DNA of 63,952 bases, the filler included, from Neolecta irregularis DAH-3 (lineage: Eukaryota): NCBI GenBank assembly GCA_001929475.1. It is 14 parts of 14 records of this genome, joined end to end, with 100 filler letters (N's around TTAATTAATTAA, not from the genome) between each part and the next. Parts side by side here need not be neighbours in the genome. Positions count along the whole stretch, not along the records: positions 48,773 to 51,849 come from LXFE01002500.1; positions 51,950 to 61,384 come from LXFE01002501.1; positions 61,485 to 62,836 come from LXFE01002508.1; positions 62,937 to 63,952 come from LXFE01002530.1; 10 more parts are not named here. One strand, 5' to 3'. Position 1 is the stretch's first letter. Each line of letters opens with the position of its first letter. This document shows, piece after piece, positions 51,103 through 63,952 of the stretch. Position numbers and translations under genes: made by a program. Below the pieces are notes generated by a model. That model did no database searches, had not been told where the DNA came from, and saw only the letters and a list, made by a program, of their open reading frames with translations.

Positions 51103-51949
51103 TGCGACTTGAAGGATGACAGGCCGCAGAAGATTATTAATAAATGTATGATCGGCATGCGCTTGGAAGTGATTGACAATACAATCCAATAGAGGCGGGG
51201 CCAAGTTGGACGCAGGCCTAGCTAGAGTTTCACAAGAAACACGTGTAGCAAAGAATCCCTGAACAGCATTCCATTTTATATGAAATACGGTCGGTTGCCT
51301 CATGGGATTTTGTTTAGGCTTTTCTCCTTTTTTTAGTCTCTCCTCTTTTCTTACTTCATGTGTTCTACGGTAAAGCTAAGCAGGCCCTCTCTATTTTAAG
51401 ATCTCTACTCTGATTATTCGTCAGCAGCTTCACTTATCAATCTGAAAAAAGCTGCACCGTTCACTTCCCTCTCTTCGCTTCGAATTTTTAGAACCTGCGT
51501 GGTGTGTCCCACAACTCGTGACGATAACTATCCCGCCCTTTCGTTATCATGTGTCATGGTTCGCGCTGACCGCAATTGAATTTGGGACCGGGCTTCAAGA
51601 ACTGGATTTGATGATTCTGGGTGAGAAAAAGATTAGGATGCTGCAGATAAGCAAGCTGTAACAGAGCAGCATCAGTTTAGCTTTCAGTGTCGACAGTGCC
51701 TTTCTCGTGTGGTCTAATTATGCCGAGCCTTCTACGAAGACGCAATACAACTAGACCTGCGGTTCTACAATATATATGACATTCTAAATCACATATTTCT
51801 GTTCCAACTGATATATCTGTTTCAAAGCTGCCCGGTTCCTACTTTTTTTNNNNNNNNNNNNNNNNNNNNNNNNNNNNNNNNNNNNNNNNNNNNTTAATTA
51901 ATTAANNNNNNNNNNNNNNNNNNNNNNNNNNNNNNNNNNNNNNNNNNNN

Positions 51950-52268
51950 CTATCCCAGAATCAAGACGTATATAATGACCAGACTGTTGACGGCAATCAA
52001 GGGTACTAGTGAAATCAATATTCAACTTGAAAAGAAAACATACTCCGTAAAACTAACCTTAGTGCAACAAGTAGACTTCCTATCCTCTGTTTAACCCCAG
52101 CTTCGCCAAATCCTGGTTCCGATTTCGCAGACATCCCGACTTTTCGTTAGAAATCACTACAACAGCTCAAATACTCCTCGCAAGAAATCGTTCTTCATTC
52201 AGAATTGTTACCGCGTTGACCAGTAATAAAATGATATAAAATAGGGTTCCTAGACTGAAAAAGAACAT
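51950..52268 (-). CDS. YOS1: Yos1/IER3IP1 ER-Golgi transport protein, copy 1, 2 introns
   Basis: MFFFSLGTLFYIILLLVNAVTILNEERFLAR|IG...LR|IPLIAVNSLVIIYVLILG*. Confidence 0.9.
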
Positions 52269-52334
52269 TGTGGAGATTGGTAAAGTCACGACATGAACTC
52301 CAAATTCGAAACACCACGTCGACAAGGTTTCACT

Positions 52335-52625
52335 AAAATTGATACAACTGTATAACTGACTATCCCAAGAGTATTTCGTATCAATAACCAAGGTATTGAT
52401 TATTATAAGCAACACGACGTCGTTGATACAACTGTATAAATGACTATCCCAAGAGTATTTCNNNNNNNNNNATTGATACAACTGTATAACTGACTATCCC
52501 AAGAGTATTTCGTATACAATAACCAAAGTTGATTATTATAAGCAACACGACGTCGTTGATACAACTGTATAACTGACTATCCCAAGAGTATTTCGTATAC
52601 AATAACCAAGGTATTGATTATTATA
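52335..52625. repeat. ~80-bp tandem repeats made of the last exon and 3' UTR of YOS1 copy 2
   Basis: TTGATACAACTGTATAACTGACTATCCCAAGAGTATTTCGTAT about four times, spanning a 10-N gap. Confidence 0.8.
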
Positions 52626-52898
52626 AGAGGAACTAGACTCATTAGCCCTATTCTCAACCCCTAAAATACTCCTCCCAACCATTCGTATCGCCGAAACCAA
52701 AAGTATCGTTCGTCTTTCAACAGTCACGTCCAGATCATACGTTCTCAAGCTATTTCGAGGCGACCAGCCAACTTGTACTTAATAATGTTCATTTGCTTCG
52801 GTACCTCTCACCAGAAACCGATCATCATCAAGCACTGCAATTGCATTCACGAAGAGGACAAGACATTGAAAAAGTCGGCCAATGCTGAAAGGGAACAT
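52577..52898 (-). CDS. YOS1: Yos1/IER3IP1 paralog, copy 2, 2 introns (alternative ATG at 52916)
   Basis: MFPFSIGRLFQCLVLFVNAIAVLDDDRFLVR|VGW...SAIRMVGR|IPLIIINTLVIVYEILLG*; same intron positions as copy 1. Confidence 0.85.
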
Positions 52899-53371
52899 TG
52901 GCGCAATAAGATTCATATGGCCACCCCTGCTTTTAAAAATCAGTCAGTCAACGTGGTCTCCTAAGCCCCGTCACCGCTGTTCAACCATTCAGTCAACGTG
53001 GTCTCCTAAGCCCCGACACCGTGTACAAGCCCCGTCTTTCAGATCATCGTCTGGTCTTGGTGCATTCAGTGACACATCATTCGAAATTTCGCACCATAAT
53101 TCCCGTCTGATGCCCTTTGGGACCTTGAATAGAATCACTTTCAACCGTTGTGCTAGTACAAATAAGACCATGTTTAATCGTTCAACCTATGTTCTATGAC
53201 AGATTTGTTCCTTTTATATCCAGCAAACTACTTTTTATTACCTCGTATATTGAATCGTTGTAATTTGGTAATCGTCAAATGGCCAGGTCTATGGAGATAA
53301 ATCTATTGACAAGCCTTCCTTGTTACTCCTGTATGAGCGCATTTTGTTTGAATGCAAAAGATATTGAAAAA

Positions 53372-53468
53372 TGCTAACTGCAGGGTTCGAACCTGCGCCC
53401 ATTTCTGGAATGCCATGCCCGGATAAGGAGCCTGAAGACATCGGATTAGACCACTCTCCCAAGTTAGC
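53372..53468 (-). tRNA. tRNA-Leu(CAG) with short intron
   Basis: GCTAACT/AGTTAGC acceptor, discriminator A, D loop AGTGGTCTAA, TT-CAG-G loop, long variable arm, GGTTCGAACCC. Confidence 0.9.
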
Positions 53469-53744
53469 GGAATTTTGGAGTCTTGGAAAACTTGCAAATA
53501 TTATAGTATTGGAATCATCCAGCGGAAATATTTGGTTTGTTTTCCCTTTATGAACCACAGCGCCAGTCAAAATTTGCTCCGGCAGAATGTCTCAGCATAC
53601 AATCCAAAGTCGGGAAAACTTTTCACCCTCTATCATGTCACTGACATAGTCAATGTTATAAAAGAACACGCCTCCCTTATTTGTAATATACAATGAAGCC
53701 CCTAAACTTTGAGGAAAAACAAAAACGACAGTAATGCAGTATAC

Positions 53745-54870
53745 TTAGCAGAACTTCCACCTGGGATGTTAGATCTCAAGCGAAAAATATGCCATACCTA
53801 TTACCACAGTGGACACACTCACAAAAGGTAGTCATTGGTTCATCTGCAGATCTAGTTTGTAGCTGAAAATAAGTATGAAGTCTCATTTGAGGGTCCATAC
53901 CTGGTAATAACTAACTTTCCTGTGTTTACATTTACCACACAGAAACATATCGGTAACGGCTTTATCTTCTTTTGCCCCAAGAGTGTTGAACATGTTGGCC
54001 TCTTCTAATTTTTTGTTAGCTTCCTTTCTTTCTTCTGAAGCCATCTCAGCAGGAGTCATTGTTGTTAATCTCGAAGCACTAATTTCTCCGCTGACTACTG
54101 CATGGCGAAGACTAGGATTCTTTTTGTCTTTCAAATTGAGATATAACGACCGCATCTTTTTTCTATACTCGCCATCTACTTGGTTTTTGAGATTTTTGAG
54201 GACTGTCTCTTCTATTGTTCGAGCTCGTTTAAGGATTTGGTCCGAAGCTAAAGCCTTGTGAATAAAGACGACTGGACATAAACCTACGGGAGAAAGAATC
54301 CGAAGACAGAGCATTATAAACAAGCAAGATGCATTGATCTCGAGTTTTATCTTTGGTTAACTGACAATCAATTCTATCACCTTTTGCGTCTCGTTCTTTC
54401 GAAGAAGTGTTTGGATTTGAAGTAGAGCTATTCGAGCAGGGTTTTGTCGAAACACAATTGGAGGTTGAAACTGTTGGTTTCGTACTCGAGATAGTGTTAG
54501 ACGGGGTTGTGCCAGGTGTATGAACAAATGCAGGGCCCCCTTTGCTTGCGCTCACATCATTCTTCCATTTCTTTACGAGAGACTTGGCGAGTTCTTGAAC
54601 TTCTTTCTCAGCGTGCGTGCGAAGTTTTCCAACAGAGATGCCGAGTTTTGTCTCCTATCGAAACATTAAATTTTCAATTCTGGGTCTCATATATACCCTC
54701 AACAATGATGCCGTAGCAACAACCCCTACACGAAGCTTCTCTAAAAGCTCCAACACTTTCTTAAAATGCTAAGTCGTGCGAGAAAGTCGGTTGAAACATA
54801 CAATGGGCGAATTTGCCTGCACAGCGTGATCTAGAGCTTTTTGAGCTTCTTTTATCTCTGCGATATCCAT
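53745..54870 (-). CDS. DST1: Transcription elongation factor TFIIS, 5 introns
   Basis: [35 protein letters not shown]...[28 protein letters not shown]. Confidence 0.96.
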
Positions 54871-55110
54871 CACTTTCTGCCCGTCTTTCCGGAACAACTG
54901 CAAGAATTAAATTTTTTTCGAGTGGCAGCAATGAAACGCCAAAGACTCTTCTAGGTTATGGAGTTTGATTAAAAGTTGTGGTTGAGTTGCGGGAAACCGG
55001 ACTTTTCTACAGCTCACTCAAGGTAGCATTGTTGCAATTGGGTGTGCCGATTAAATTCATAGATACAGTCAAGATATATCTAGATAGCGATTCTACGTAG
55101 TTTCTGAAAA

Positions 55111-56172
55111 TTAGGCAGATCTTCCCGACAAGTCCCGGACCAACTCTGCCTGTATCTTCTTTCCTTCACGCTGTTGAGATAACGGGGCCGGGCCTTGAAT
55201 AATGTAAGCAAGACCAGAATCAGAGGCGCTTTACTTCTCAGATCATTCATCACATCCTATCTGTAAGCTATGACTCGTTGAGTACAATAGGAATACCTTG
55301 ACTTTACCAAAGTATACTTCTTGCAACAGATTCCTCATTTTGAGTTCCATATCCTCAATCATCCGTCCGACGTTCGCAATGTGTGAATTTGAGTCCTCAA
55401 TTGCAAAATCCTGTTCAACCTATCATTGACAATAAGAACGTGTATGAAAAACATGGCTGAATAGCATACATGCCGGGTCATATTTCCACCGAGATCCATG
55501 TCACCAAGTTCAGGGCTATTGCATTTCATATGTAAGATGATAGTGCTAGTGAGCTTGTAGTGAGCCGTCCGGCTTCGATCTAATGCCTCGAACACATGTA
55601 TTGAATCCCATCCTCCTTCTCCTAATTCTGTAGATGAGCCAGCTAGAATGTTAGTTATAGTTCCAAGACGAGCTTGCATTTTTTAAAAAGAACAACTCCA
55701 GCAAATCCGTCGTCAAGGTCCCAAAAGTAAACACTCGAAAGTCCGCCTTCGTAATAGCTAATTTGAAGTTATTAATCCAGTTCGATTACGCAGTAAATAC
55801 AGGTCCCGGTAAACATCGAAAGCCTCATTTGCCGAAATTTCGAGCTTTCTAATTTTCTCGCTTGGCTGGGCACCATCAGGCAAAAATGGATCGTAATCGC
55901 TACTCCAAGGCGACCGGAAGGAATCTCCGTCGCGATTGTAATCGCAAACAAGATAGTCTTTAGAGGTCGATTTGCATTTCTTTACTGCCAATGGCTGATC
56001 GACAGAGGATAATATGTCTTCGGTGAGATGTGGTACGAGTTGCAGTAAAGTATTGACGTTCGTAGAGATATGCTGAGGTGGAAGCCTCCTCATTAGATCA
56101 AGAGCCGAATCAAATTCATCAACCTATCTGTTCAGACGATTTCTCTTGAAAGGATTAAGATAAATTCACCAT
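55111..56172 (-). CDS. CAP2: F-actin capping protein beta subunit, 6 introns
   Basis: [62 protein letters not shown]. Confidence 0.96.
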
Positions 56173-56299
56173 AATGAACAGGGCAGTCGCCGCACAATTT
56201 TGTCTGGAAGGTAATTGATGGAGGTGAAGTTGGTGAGGGCACCCTGTATCCTGTTCCGCATCCCCAGCTTGAAATAGTTATATTTCTTCAAGGTAGTAT

Positions 56300-59200
56300 T
56301 TAGAGATAAGAAATAGATCTATCTAGTTCTAACATATCGTCCAGCAACCGTGATAAGGGGATCCCCAGTTTTTTGGCAACTGTTTGTTTCTTGTCTTCCG
56401 AGAGTTGCAGAAAGTCCAAGAGGAGTTGCCCATCTAGAATCCCTTTCATTATGTTGCGATCTTTCTGCTCTTTCATAGGTGCCCTAAATAGTCAAGCCAG
56501 GTCTCAATATGGGAACTCACCGATACGATCTTGGATTTAGCCCAGCTAGATGATCCGCAGAATTGACCATCAAGTTATGCAAGAGATATAACCGACGATA
56601 TTTGCGCTCCGATACAGGGCACAATGAATGGATAGAGCCATCAACGGCAACGTATATATCAAGATACTGATATGGATCGTTTTCGGGAGCTTCCTCGCCT
56701 TCCTCCACTGGTTTCCTCTCAAGAGGCATCTTGACCGTCATGGTTTGTTCGACCAAAATAGTTCCTGTATTGAAATCAGCCTTTGGCACGAGTCGATGAC
56801 CCGATAAAGAATTTGGATCTGACTTGTCAATAATGACAGATCCGAGAACCTACTCTCTGGGTCGTATTGTAAAAGTCGTAATACTCCATCTGCATCGCTA
56901 ACCGAGATATAAGCGGAGCCATTGTCAACGAGGAAATCTGCACAAACTACTGATAGTTTGTGTACATCCTTTCCAAAGACAGTAAGCTTATAAGGATCGA
57001 ACTATGAAGAATCAGAGGTAACTGGATAGTTGGACTTTACCGTAAACCCGACAAGTATCACACTATCATCGAAATCACCAATCAAAATAAGGTTCCCCAA
57101 ACACTTGACTGTCTTGGTGTACTTTCTGAGGTCTAGAAAGGCCACTCCGACGAGGTGATCACCATCTTCCAAACCACGAATTATCATCTACTCATGAAGC
57201 ACCTCAAAAGATTTAAGCTTACTTTTTGTCCCTGTATTGATAACAAATATCCACTGATATCACACAAAGAGGTGATTGCACCTTTAACTTCTTCTGCATA
57301 GATTAATTTTAACTTAAGATTTGTCTCCGGGCGACCCGGTTCTGGCACAACCCCGATGGTCTCAAAAAGATATAACTTTCCGCGCATCGCCAAATCCTCA
57401 CCTCTAAAGACACCGGTCCCGCATGCAATATATGGTTTTCTGGCTTTGCTATGTTCTGAGATTTCTAGATTGACAGATTTAACGCACAACGCATATTCAT
57501 TTGACGCGAATTCGTATTTGTCAATGGTTGACCAGTTGGCCGGTGATATTAGTTCCAGAGATCCTTGAAGAGCTGCTGGCAAGAAAAGTTGATCGTTTTC
57601 TCGCTGTCAACGTTGCTACCTTTGTTGACGTACCTTCACGATCGGCTATTGGCTGTCCCTCTTCGTCATGGAGTTCAAACGAGACTTCAGTCGATGAAGA
57701 TAACACATAAACCTCTTGCGACGAATGATACGTTATAGCATGGACATTGCGCCCGAGTGATATCTTCCTTGTAGTCATTTGATTGTCAAACCTGAAGTCT
57801 GAAGGGATTTGAGCTATCCGCATGACATCCTTAAGATCAGTAGAGATGGATGAGAATTCTTTCGTTACTTTGTCATCTGAATATATCACTCCGTGGGGAG
57901 ACTCCGCCGTATGGCATGGAGAAAGCCCACGAACATGTTTACTTGCAAAGGGAAACAAGCGCGGTATTGATTTGGTGTCCTTCAATATCCAATGTGATTC
58001 CCGACCCGCAATAAATACAGCATGATAGCCCGAGACATCATTGATGTTCAAAAATCGTGATCCTTTCGATATCGAATCGGATGAATAGCCTTTCTCGACC
58101 CCGCTCGTCAGATGATCGCCTTCGTCTGGCAAGGGTGAACGGGTTGAACGAGAATTCCGAACCTTACGAAAGGCAATTTCTTTTTCCGATGAGCTTGGAT
58201 TCGAATACAGGGACCTAGAGAACGGCTTGTAGATTATAATGTCATTTGCTTCCGTTCTGACCTACGCGAAGTCAGCGGCTCCTTCTAGGGCAAAAATAAG
58301 TACCAAAAAGAAAAGCTCTTTGTTCCCCACTGGTCCCAAAGGTGACAGCGATATTTCAGCAATCAAGGTGTTTCTTCTATTCTCAATATCCATTGCGTCG
58401 CTATCATGCGAAATAGTCAAAAGGGAAGGAAAGATGGCGAAGTCATTGAATTTTCCAATCAACTTCCATTCAGGAAGGGAGACGATCTTCATATCAACTG
58501 AAGAATGAAAGAAGTCACAAACCAAGAGAACCCCAGAATCATCTATTGAAAGACAGAGATGGGTTAAGTCAGCAGTCGAATTCGACAAATTACTGACATT
58601 TAATTCGTTCACAGATATATTAGTTATGCGATTCTCCTCTGTATCTGCCCCCTGTGGTGCTACATTATTTGCCGTACCAGATGCAGAGCATTTTGCAGTC
58701 AGACCGATACTAGATAAATCTTGAGTCGAAGCGGCATAAAGGCACCCAGTAATAGTTCTTCCGGGCTATGATGTAAGCGAGAGAATGAAGTCAACTGATA
58801 TACGAAAAGTCCTTGTGGCTTCTCAACTTCTTCCAACTCCTTAGACAAGAAATTAGCAATAAAAATTGCAGTATTCCCATTCTCAAGGATCAGGAATACA
58901 TATGGATCAGCAACACTTGCGAAAACGATGTTAACTTCCACATCGTTTTCCAGATCATAGAGCGGTAATAGCTGGGCTAGACGAAGGTCTGCTTAATCAG
59001 TATATGCAGATATGCACACGCGTATCTGGATCGTAGAGACGAATATCATTCTGGCATACTTGAACAATACGGGTGTCGTTGAGTATGGAGCTTACAGCCA
59101 ATGTTGAACCAGCAGAATCAAATTCCGAAGCCGTGACCTCCTCAAAAGTCTGTCCAATTGTGAATACAAGACTATTTTCCCGTGTGGATATTATTAGATA

Positions 59201-61136
59201 GGAATCAAATTCATCATCGATGATCTGAGATTTCTCTCTTGAAATGGCGTTAATGGTTCTATTGCGAACACGAACCGTCCAAAGACCCTGACATTCCGGG
59301 AAATCAAATCGGCCGTGAACTTGAGGCACAATGCTGTTCTAAGAATGAGGAGTTGTTATTTTCAGAGCAAATCATACTTTGTGAATAGATAAAGCTCCAG
59401 ATAGATTTGCCCCGGAGATACTGATTAATTCTACGTCAGATTGCGCATTTTTCTGACGAGGCTTATCTTCCTAGGAATGTCAGGATGGCAGAACACCTAA
59501 ATCATACTGCGCGAAAGAACTGCCTGCCAAGCGAGAAATCGAGAATAGGACCACTATTGGGAAGAGAATCATGGAGACGGAAGATAATTTTTTCGTGGTC
59601 GTCCGCAGAAAAGGTAGATGATTGAGTAGTTCCACCATCTCCATATATATGATCCAGCTCGTCAGGATCTTCGACTTGACTAAAGAGAATCTTAGATTGG
59701 ACATCCTCGACCTTTGAATCTTTCTCTTTCCGCCATCCAAGCAACATTGAATCTCCTATGAGACTTGTGAGGAATAAGCTATTTTCGCCGAATGTGAGAG
59801 CAGTATTAATTCCACTTTGAATGAGATCTCCGCCGTCGTCTAGTAATACTCTTTCGATGATCATTGAGCTTACACTCCGCCCGTTCATTTTGAAGTTCAA
59901 TCTAAGCATTTCCCCCTGGCGAGTAATAACCAGAACAACATACGGAGATTTCGGAAGATATATGGGAATCGCCCCTTCCAAACAAAGCTGTAGGGCCTCG
60001 TGACTTTCCATTCGAAACAAGCTTGATAGCTTCGCATAGGCATTTACTGCGATACAAATTGGCCTCCCAGCAGGATCGACATGGACAATCTCGTTTGCTC
60101 CTAGTAAAATACAACCGCCAATAGGAGAAGGCAAGGCGCATAGACTGAATATGTCTGACGGCAATTGAGTGACCGAAAAAATTGATGTGGAAGCTTTTTG
60201 TTGTAGATCTATAGTTACAACTACTAATGCTTTTGTATCTTGACGAAATTTGAGGAGACCGGAGTTCGTTCGGTGAGGTTCGTAAAGTATTGCGAGTGTA
60301 GGTTCTTGGTATTCATGGAGAAATTTAATATCTTGAATATGATGAATGCTTTCGTCTAATTTAGATGCCTCGAGGACGAAAGATGAGTAGAATGGAATAT
60401 CCTTTTCTTCTAGGCCTGATTTGGCATGCAACTCGTCAAGATCCATGAGATCGAGGGTATCAGCCTGCCGAAATGGTATTATCGCCAACATGTCTTCGTA
60501 AAATTTCAGTAAACCGCATCGGCTGTTAGGATCTTGGACGAGAAAGCACTCTGGAGGATTTTCGGACAAAGGAGAACAAAATTCTTCTTGTTCGTAGTAA
60601 TGAATACTGACGGTCGACCAGGAGAATTCCTCAGGATTCCATTCCAAAAGTGATACCTATTAATTAAGAAATTCGATTCCCATTAACTAAATACTTTGGC
60701 GCTCTTAAAGGAAACAAGTAGATAGTCCTTAGAAGCGCGCTTGATGGATTTTATAACGACTGGGGACATGGATGTAATCGTGCCGTACAACCCAACTTCT
60801 GCCACGAGTTGTAGATGTGATACCAAGCGCCTTCTCGACAGCTGTAGATGAACATCTGGCACATTAAAAGTCTACCATGAGGTCAGTAAGCTTCATGGTG
60901 AATAAGATATTCTATACATTTCCCTCTTCTACAATTAGATTTCCCGAAATTTCTGGATCTTCCTCATTTGGGTATTCCATCCCTTCGTCCTTCTCTTGTG
61001 AAATGACTCTGAATAGCTGAAGCATAGATGACCTGGAAACAACAAGACAAATGGAACCATCATGCATAAAGCGTCCGCTGGCAGCACAGTTGACAGCAGA
61101 AGGTAACGATAAATCACACCACACTGAAGCGCTCAT
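56300..61136 (-). CDS. CFT1: Cleavage and polyadenylation factor Cft1/CPSF160, about 13 introns
   Basis: SFKSAKVSLLEW, VSIHYYE, FLHEYQEPTLAILYEP, LPSPIGG, IACGTGVFRGEDL, EVKGAIT, AGLNPRSYR, ILDGQLL. Confidence 0.95.
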
Positions 61137-61641
61137 ATTCGGCAATGATATTAATTTTTGTTTACCGACTGAATTGTTTTTTTATGCTGTGGTTTCATTG
61201 AGTAGGGTCGAATGAAAGTTTCAAACTCTTTCCTGTTAAGATCTGTGTCCTTACGGCAGGAAATGAACTCTACCTGTGATATTCCAGAAGTGATGAAAAT
61301 TAGCCATTGTATCATGCTAGTCACAATTCCATAATTCTATGTATACTTGTTAGGCTTGCTTTTGAATAATAATATAAGATCCATNNNNNNNNNNNNNNNN
61401 NNNNNNNNNNNNNNNNNNNNNNNNNNNNTTAATTAATTAANNNNNNNNNNNNNNNNNNNNNNNNNNNNNNNNNNNNNNNNNNNNGCACAATATGTAAAAC
61501 CAAAAGTTAACAATACAGATAAGGTTCAGAGAGTAAATAACTTGCAGATAAAGTTAAATGATTGTTGATTAAAAGTATTGAGTGTTGAAAACAAAGAATC
61601 CATACCACACAGTGCGCAAGTGAATCAAGGTCATCAGAATC

Positions 61642-62535
61642 ATGGACAATGATTTTTTTGGGAATATAATGAGCCAGGTGGCAAGCACCATTGGCTCTAG
61701 CATTTCTTCCGTTATGGAGCAGGTAGCTACCCAGCTGAACGAATGGCACATGGATTATATGGCAGCTATGGAGCAGCGATTTTCAGCTGCATTCACCATA
61801 GCTGTAAAAGACACTGCATTGGCAGTGCAAAAGGCAGCTCAGATACCTAAGCTACCAAAGTTCTCTGGAAAAGAGGATGTGAATGACTGGTGGTTCTCAG
61901 TCATGGAAAGTTTACAAGGCTACACTCTAAATGCAGAAGAAACCAGATGAATAATTTTCAACTCCTTAGTGGGATATGCCAAGGAGTGGTGGAGAGACAA
62001 TAAAACCACTATTGAAGATGCTGCATCACCTGAAGCATTAATTGATTTATTCTGGGCTGAGTTTATACCTAAGGGGTACCTATTTAAACAACTTGTCTCT
62101 TTCGATGAGTTAAAAGTTAAGGGATCAATTATGGATTTCATTACTATATTCCCAAGGTTGAAACTACATGTTAGTTACCAAGAGTTAATGTTTGTTCACC
62201 AGTTCATTAAGTCATTTTTGACAGTTCCGGCCTGCCAATTGAAGCTAATTGACGGGGATCGTAAAACTGTGTCAGACTCAATTAGAATCACCAGGGAATT
62301 CGAGTTAAAGAAAGTGTTTAGCTCTTTGACTAGGGAGACCACACCTATGGAGGTGGACAATGTCTCTAGACAAAAACCTACCTGCTATTCCTGTGGCAAG
62401 ATTGGACACAAAGCAAACAAGTGTCGTAAAAATCTTAAGACTAAGAGAGTTAATAATGTAGAGTCAGGAAACACAAAGGGGATTTGCCAAGAGGAAGACA
62501 CTGTAATCGTAATTTCTTGCTTACAATACTACTGA
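61642..62535 (+). mobile_element. Ty3/Gypsy gag remnant
   Basis: LPKFSGKEDVNDW, LVGYAKEWW, PMEVD, zinc knuckle CYSCGKIGHKANKC; in-frame TGA at 61948-61950. Confidence 0.88.
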
Positions 62536-62936
62536 AGCCTTTGGAATTCAGAATAACTTGCTACCGTTGTCAATGAAATACCTCTTGGGTGTTTTGCTGA
62601 ACCAGGTTATGTGAAGTTAACCAAACTTACTGAACCTGATATACTTTTGCAGGACTCAATACCTGACACAACCTATAAGAGCACTCAGATAACTTAACAG
62701 CAACCAGACTCAAAAGATCCTACTATAGAACTGTAAGGATTGACTAGCTAGGTGTGTAGCTCAGTGTGAGGGTTACACACACAGTCACATGTTAGTCACA
62801 AGCCAAGGCATGTGACACTACACCCCTGTCATGTATNNNNNNNNNNNNNNNNNNNNNNNNNNNNNNNNNNNNNNNNNNNNTTAATTAATTAANNNNNNNN
62901 NNNNNNNNNNNNNNNNNNNNNNNNNNNNNNNNNNNN

Positions 62937-63952
62937 ATGTCAAAGAGTAAAGTCAAGTACTCAGCCGCCAGCAGGATTTCTTTCATCATTACCAGTACCC
63001 GAGTCCAAATTTGATGAAATCGCAATGGACTTCATTGGTCCAATGAAGGATTCAAAGGGATATAATGGGATGCTGGTAGTGACTGATCGACTTTCTGGTC
63101 TGGTAATAATCGAACCAATTAAAATGACGATATCTGCAGCTGAAGTGGCAAAATGGCTTTGGCAAAATTGGTACTGTAGATATGGACTACCCAAGTCCAT
63201 CGTTTCGGATCGAGACCCTAGGTTTACAGGACAATTGTGGAAAGAACTGCATTGAATGATTGGAGTCAATCTAAAGATGAGTACGACCTTTCACCCTCAA
63301 ACGGATGGATGGTCAGAGCGATCGAAAAACAATTATACAGATACTCCGGACTTGTGTAGATGAAACACAAGAGAATTGGTCAGACTATGTTCGTTCAACG
63401 GAATTTTGCATTATTAACTCTCTCAACGATTCAACAGGATTTACGCCATTCGAGTTGGTTTATGGTTGCAAGCCAAGAGTACTGCCCAGTATACTGCCAA
63501 CAGATTCTAGCACACCGAAGGCCCAAGAGATTGCAGAAAACATGAAGATTTATTTGGAGGTCGCAAGAGATACTTTAGTGATCGCTAAGGCTAAGCAAGC
63601 AATTCATGCTAATAGGAGAAGAAGAGATCATATTAAATATGATATCGGCGACAGAGTTCTGTTAAGCAGTGAGAATTTTCGGAAAGCCATGGCAAAAGAA
63701 GGAAAATCAGCCAAGCTACTACCACGTTAGATCGGACCCTATCGAGTTATAGAAGCCTGGCTAGATACTCATACCTATAAACTCGAATTGCCGGTAGAGA
63801 TGAGTCTCCGTCACCCAGTTTTTCATGCTAAACTTCTGAAACCGTTTAACGATAATGACTTGGAAGAATACCCAGACCGGGCGTTTGAGCAACCAGTAAT
63901 CCTAGAAAGTTATGAAGATGAGCATATTATTGAACAAATACTTATGCATCGC
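62937..63952 (+). mobile_element. Ty3/Gypsy pol integrase remnant
   Basis: IAMDFIGP, VVTDRLS, YGLPKSIVSDRDPRF, STTFHPQTDG, TGFTPFELVYG, GPY/F module KLLPR*IGPY, HPVFHA; stops at 63253 and 63728 and a frameshift near 63305. Confidence 0.93.

Noticed and set aside
52335-52625. CRISPR-like repeat array
   Set aside because: Eukaryotic context, no unique spacers; the units are copies of a YOS1 terminal exon and UTR.
53372-53468. tRNA with CAG anticodon as a sign of CUG reassignment
   Set aside because: It has Leu identity features (A73, U33, Leu-type D loop and variable arm); standard code.
58989-59025. Possible AT-AG intron in CFT1
   Set aside because: A canonical in-phase GT donor six nucleotides downstream gives a 31-nt GT-AG intron.

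Overview
Gene-dense fungal nuclear DNA with very short introns (mostly 30-45 nt). A Homol-D box and the protein content fit an early-diverging ascomycete (Taphrinomycotina, Neolecta-like); this is inference, not a database result. The window is not contiguous: 13 artificial N-TTAATTAATTAA-N linkers join 14 contigs. Recognisable housekeeping genes are UBP14, ATG7, TFIIIC B-block subunit TFC3, a Zn2Cys6 factor, RPP0, YDJ1, a MOT1 fragment, BUD31, GPI15, MRP10, MME1, IMG1, an aldo-keto reductase, a fasciclin protein, two tandem YOS1 copies, TFIIS, CAP2 and CFT1. There are also two intron-containing tRNAs, three small Cys-containing secreted proteins, an HExxH metalloprotease, and hAT and Ty3/Gypsy relics. 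Four observations stand out: (1) intron 1 of the TFIIIC B-box-binding subunit gene is unusually long and carries an A box plus two inverted B boxes in a hairpin-rich, tRNA-like structure, suggesting TFIIIC autoregulation; (2) splice-site usage looks relaxed, with at least 7 GC-AG introns and two apparent GT-GG introns at a fixed distance from the branch point; (3) an intronic box C/D snoRNA in RPP0 has an 18S guide; (4) a coiled-coil protein ends in a Rab11-FIP-like motif. Gene coordinates span introns and were placed by hand.
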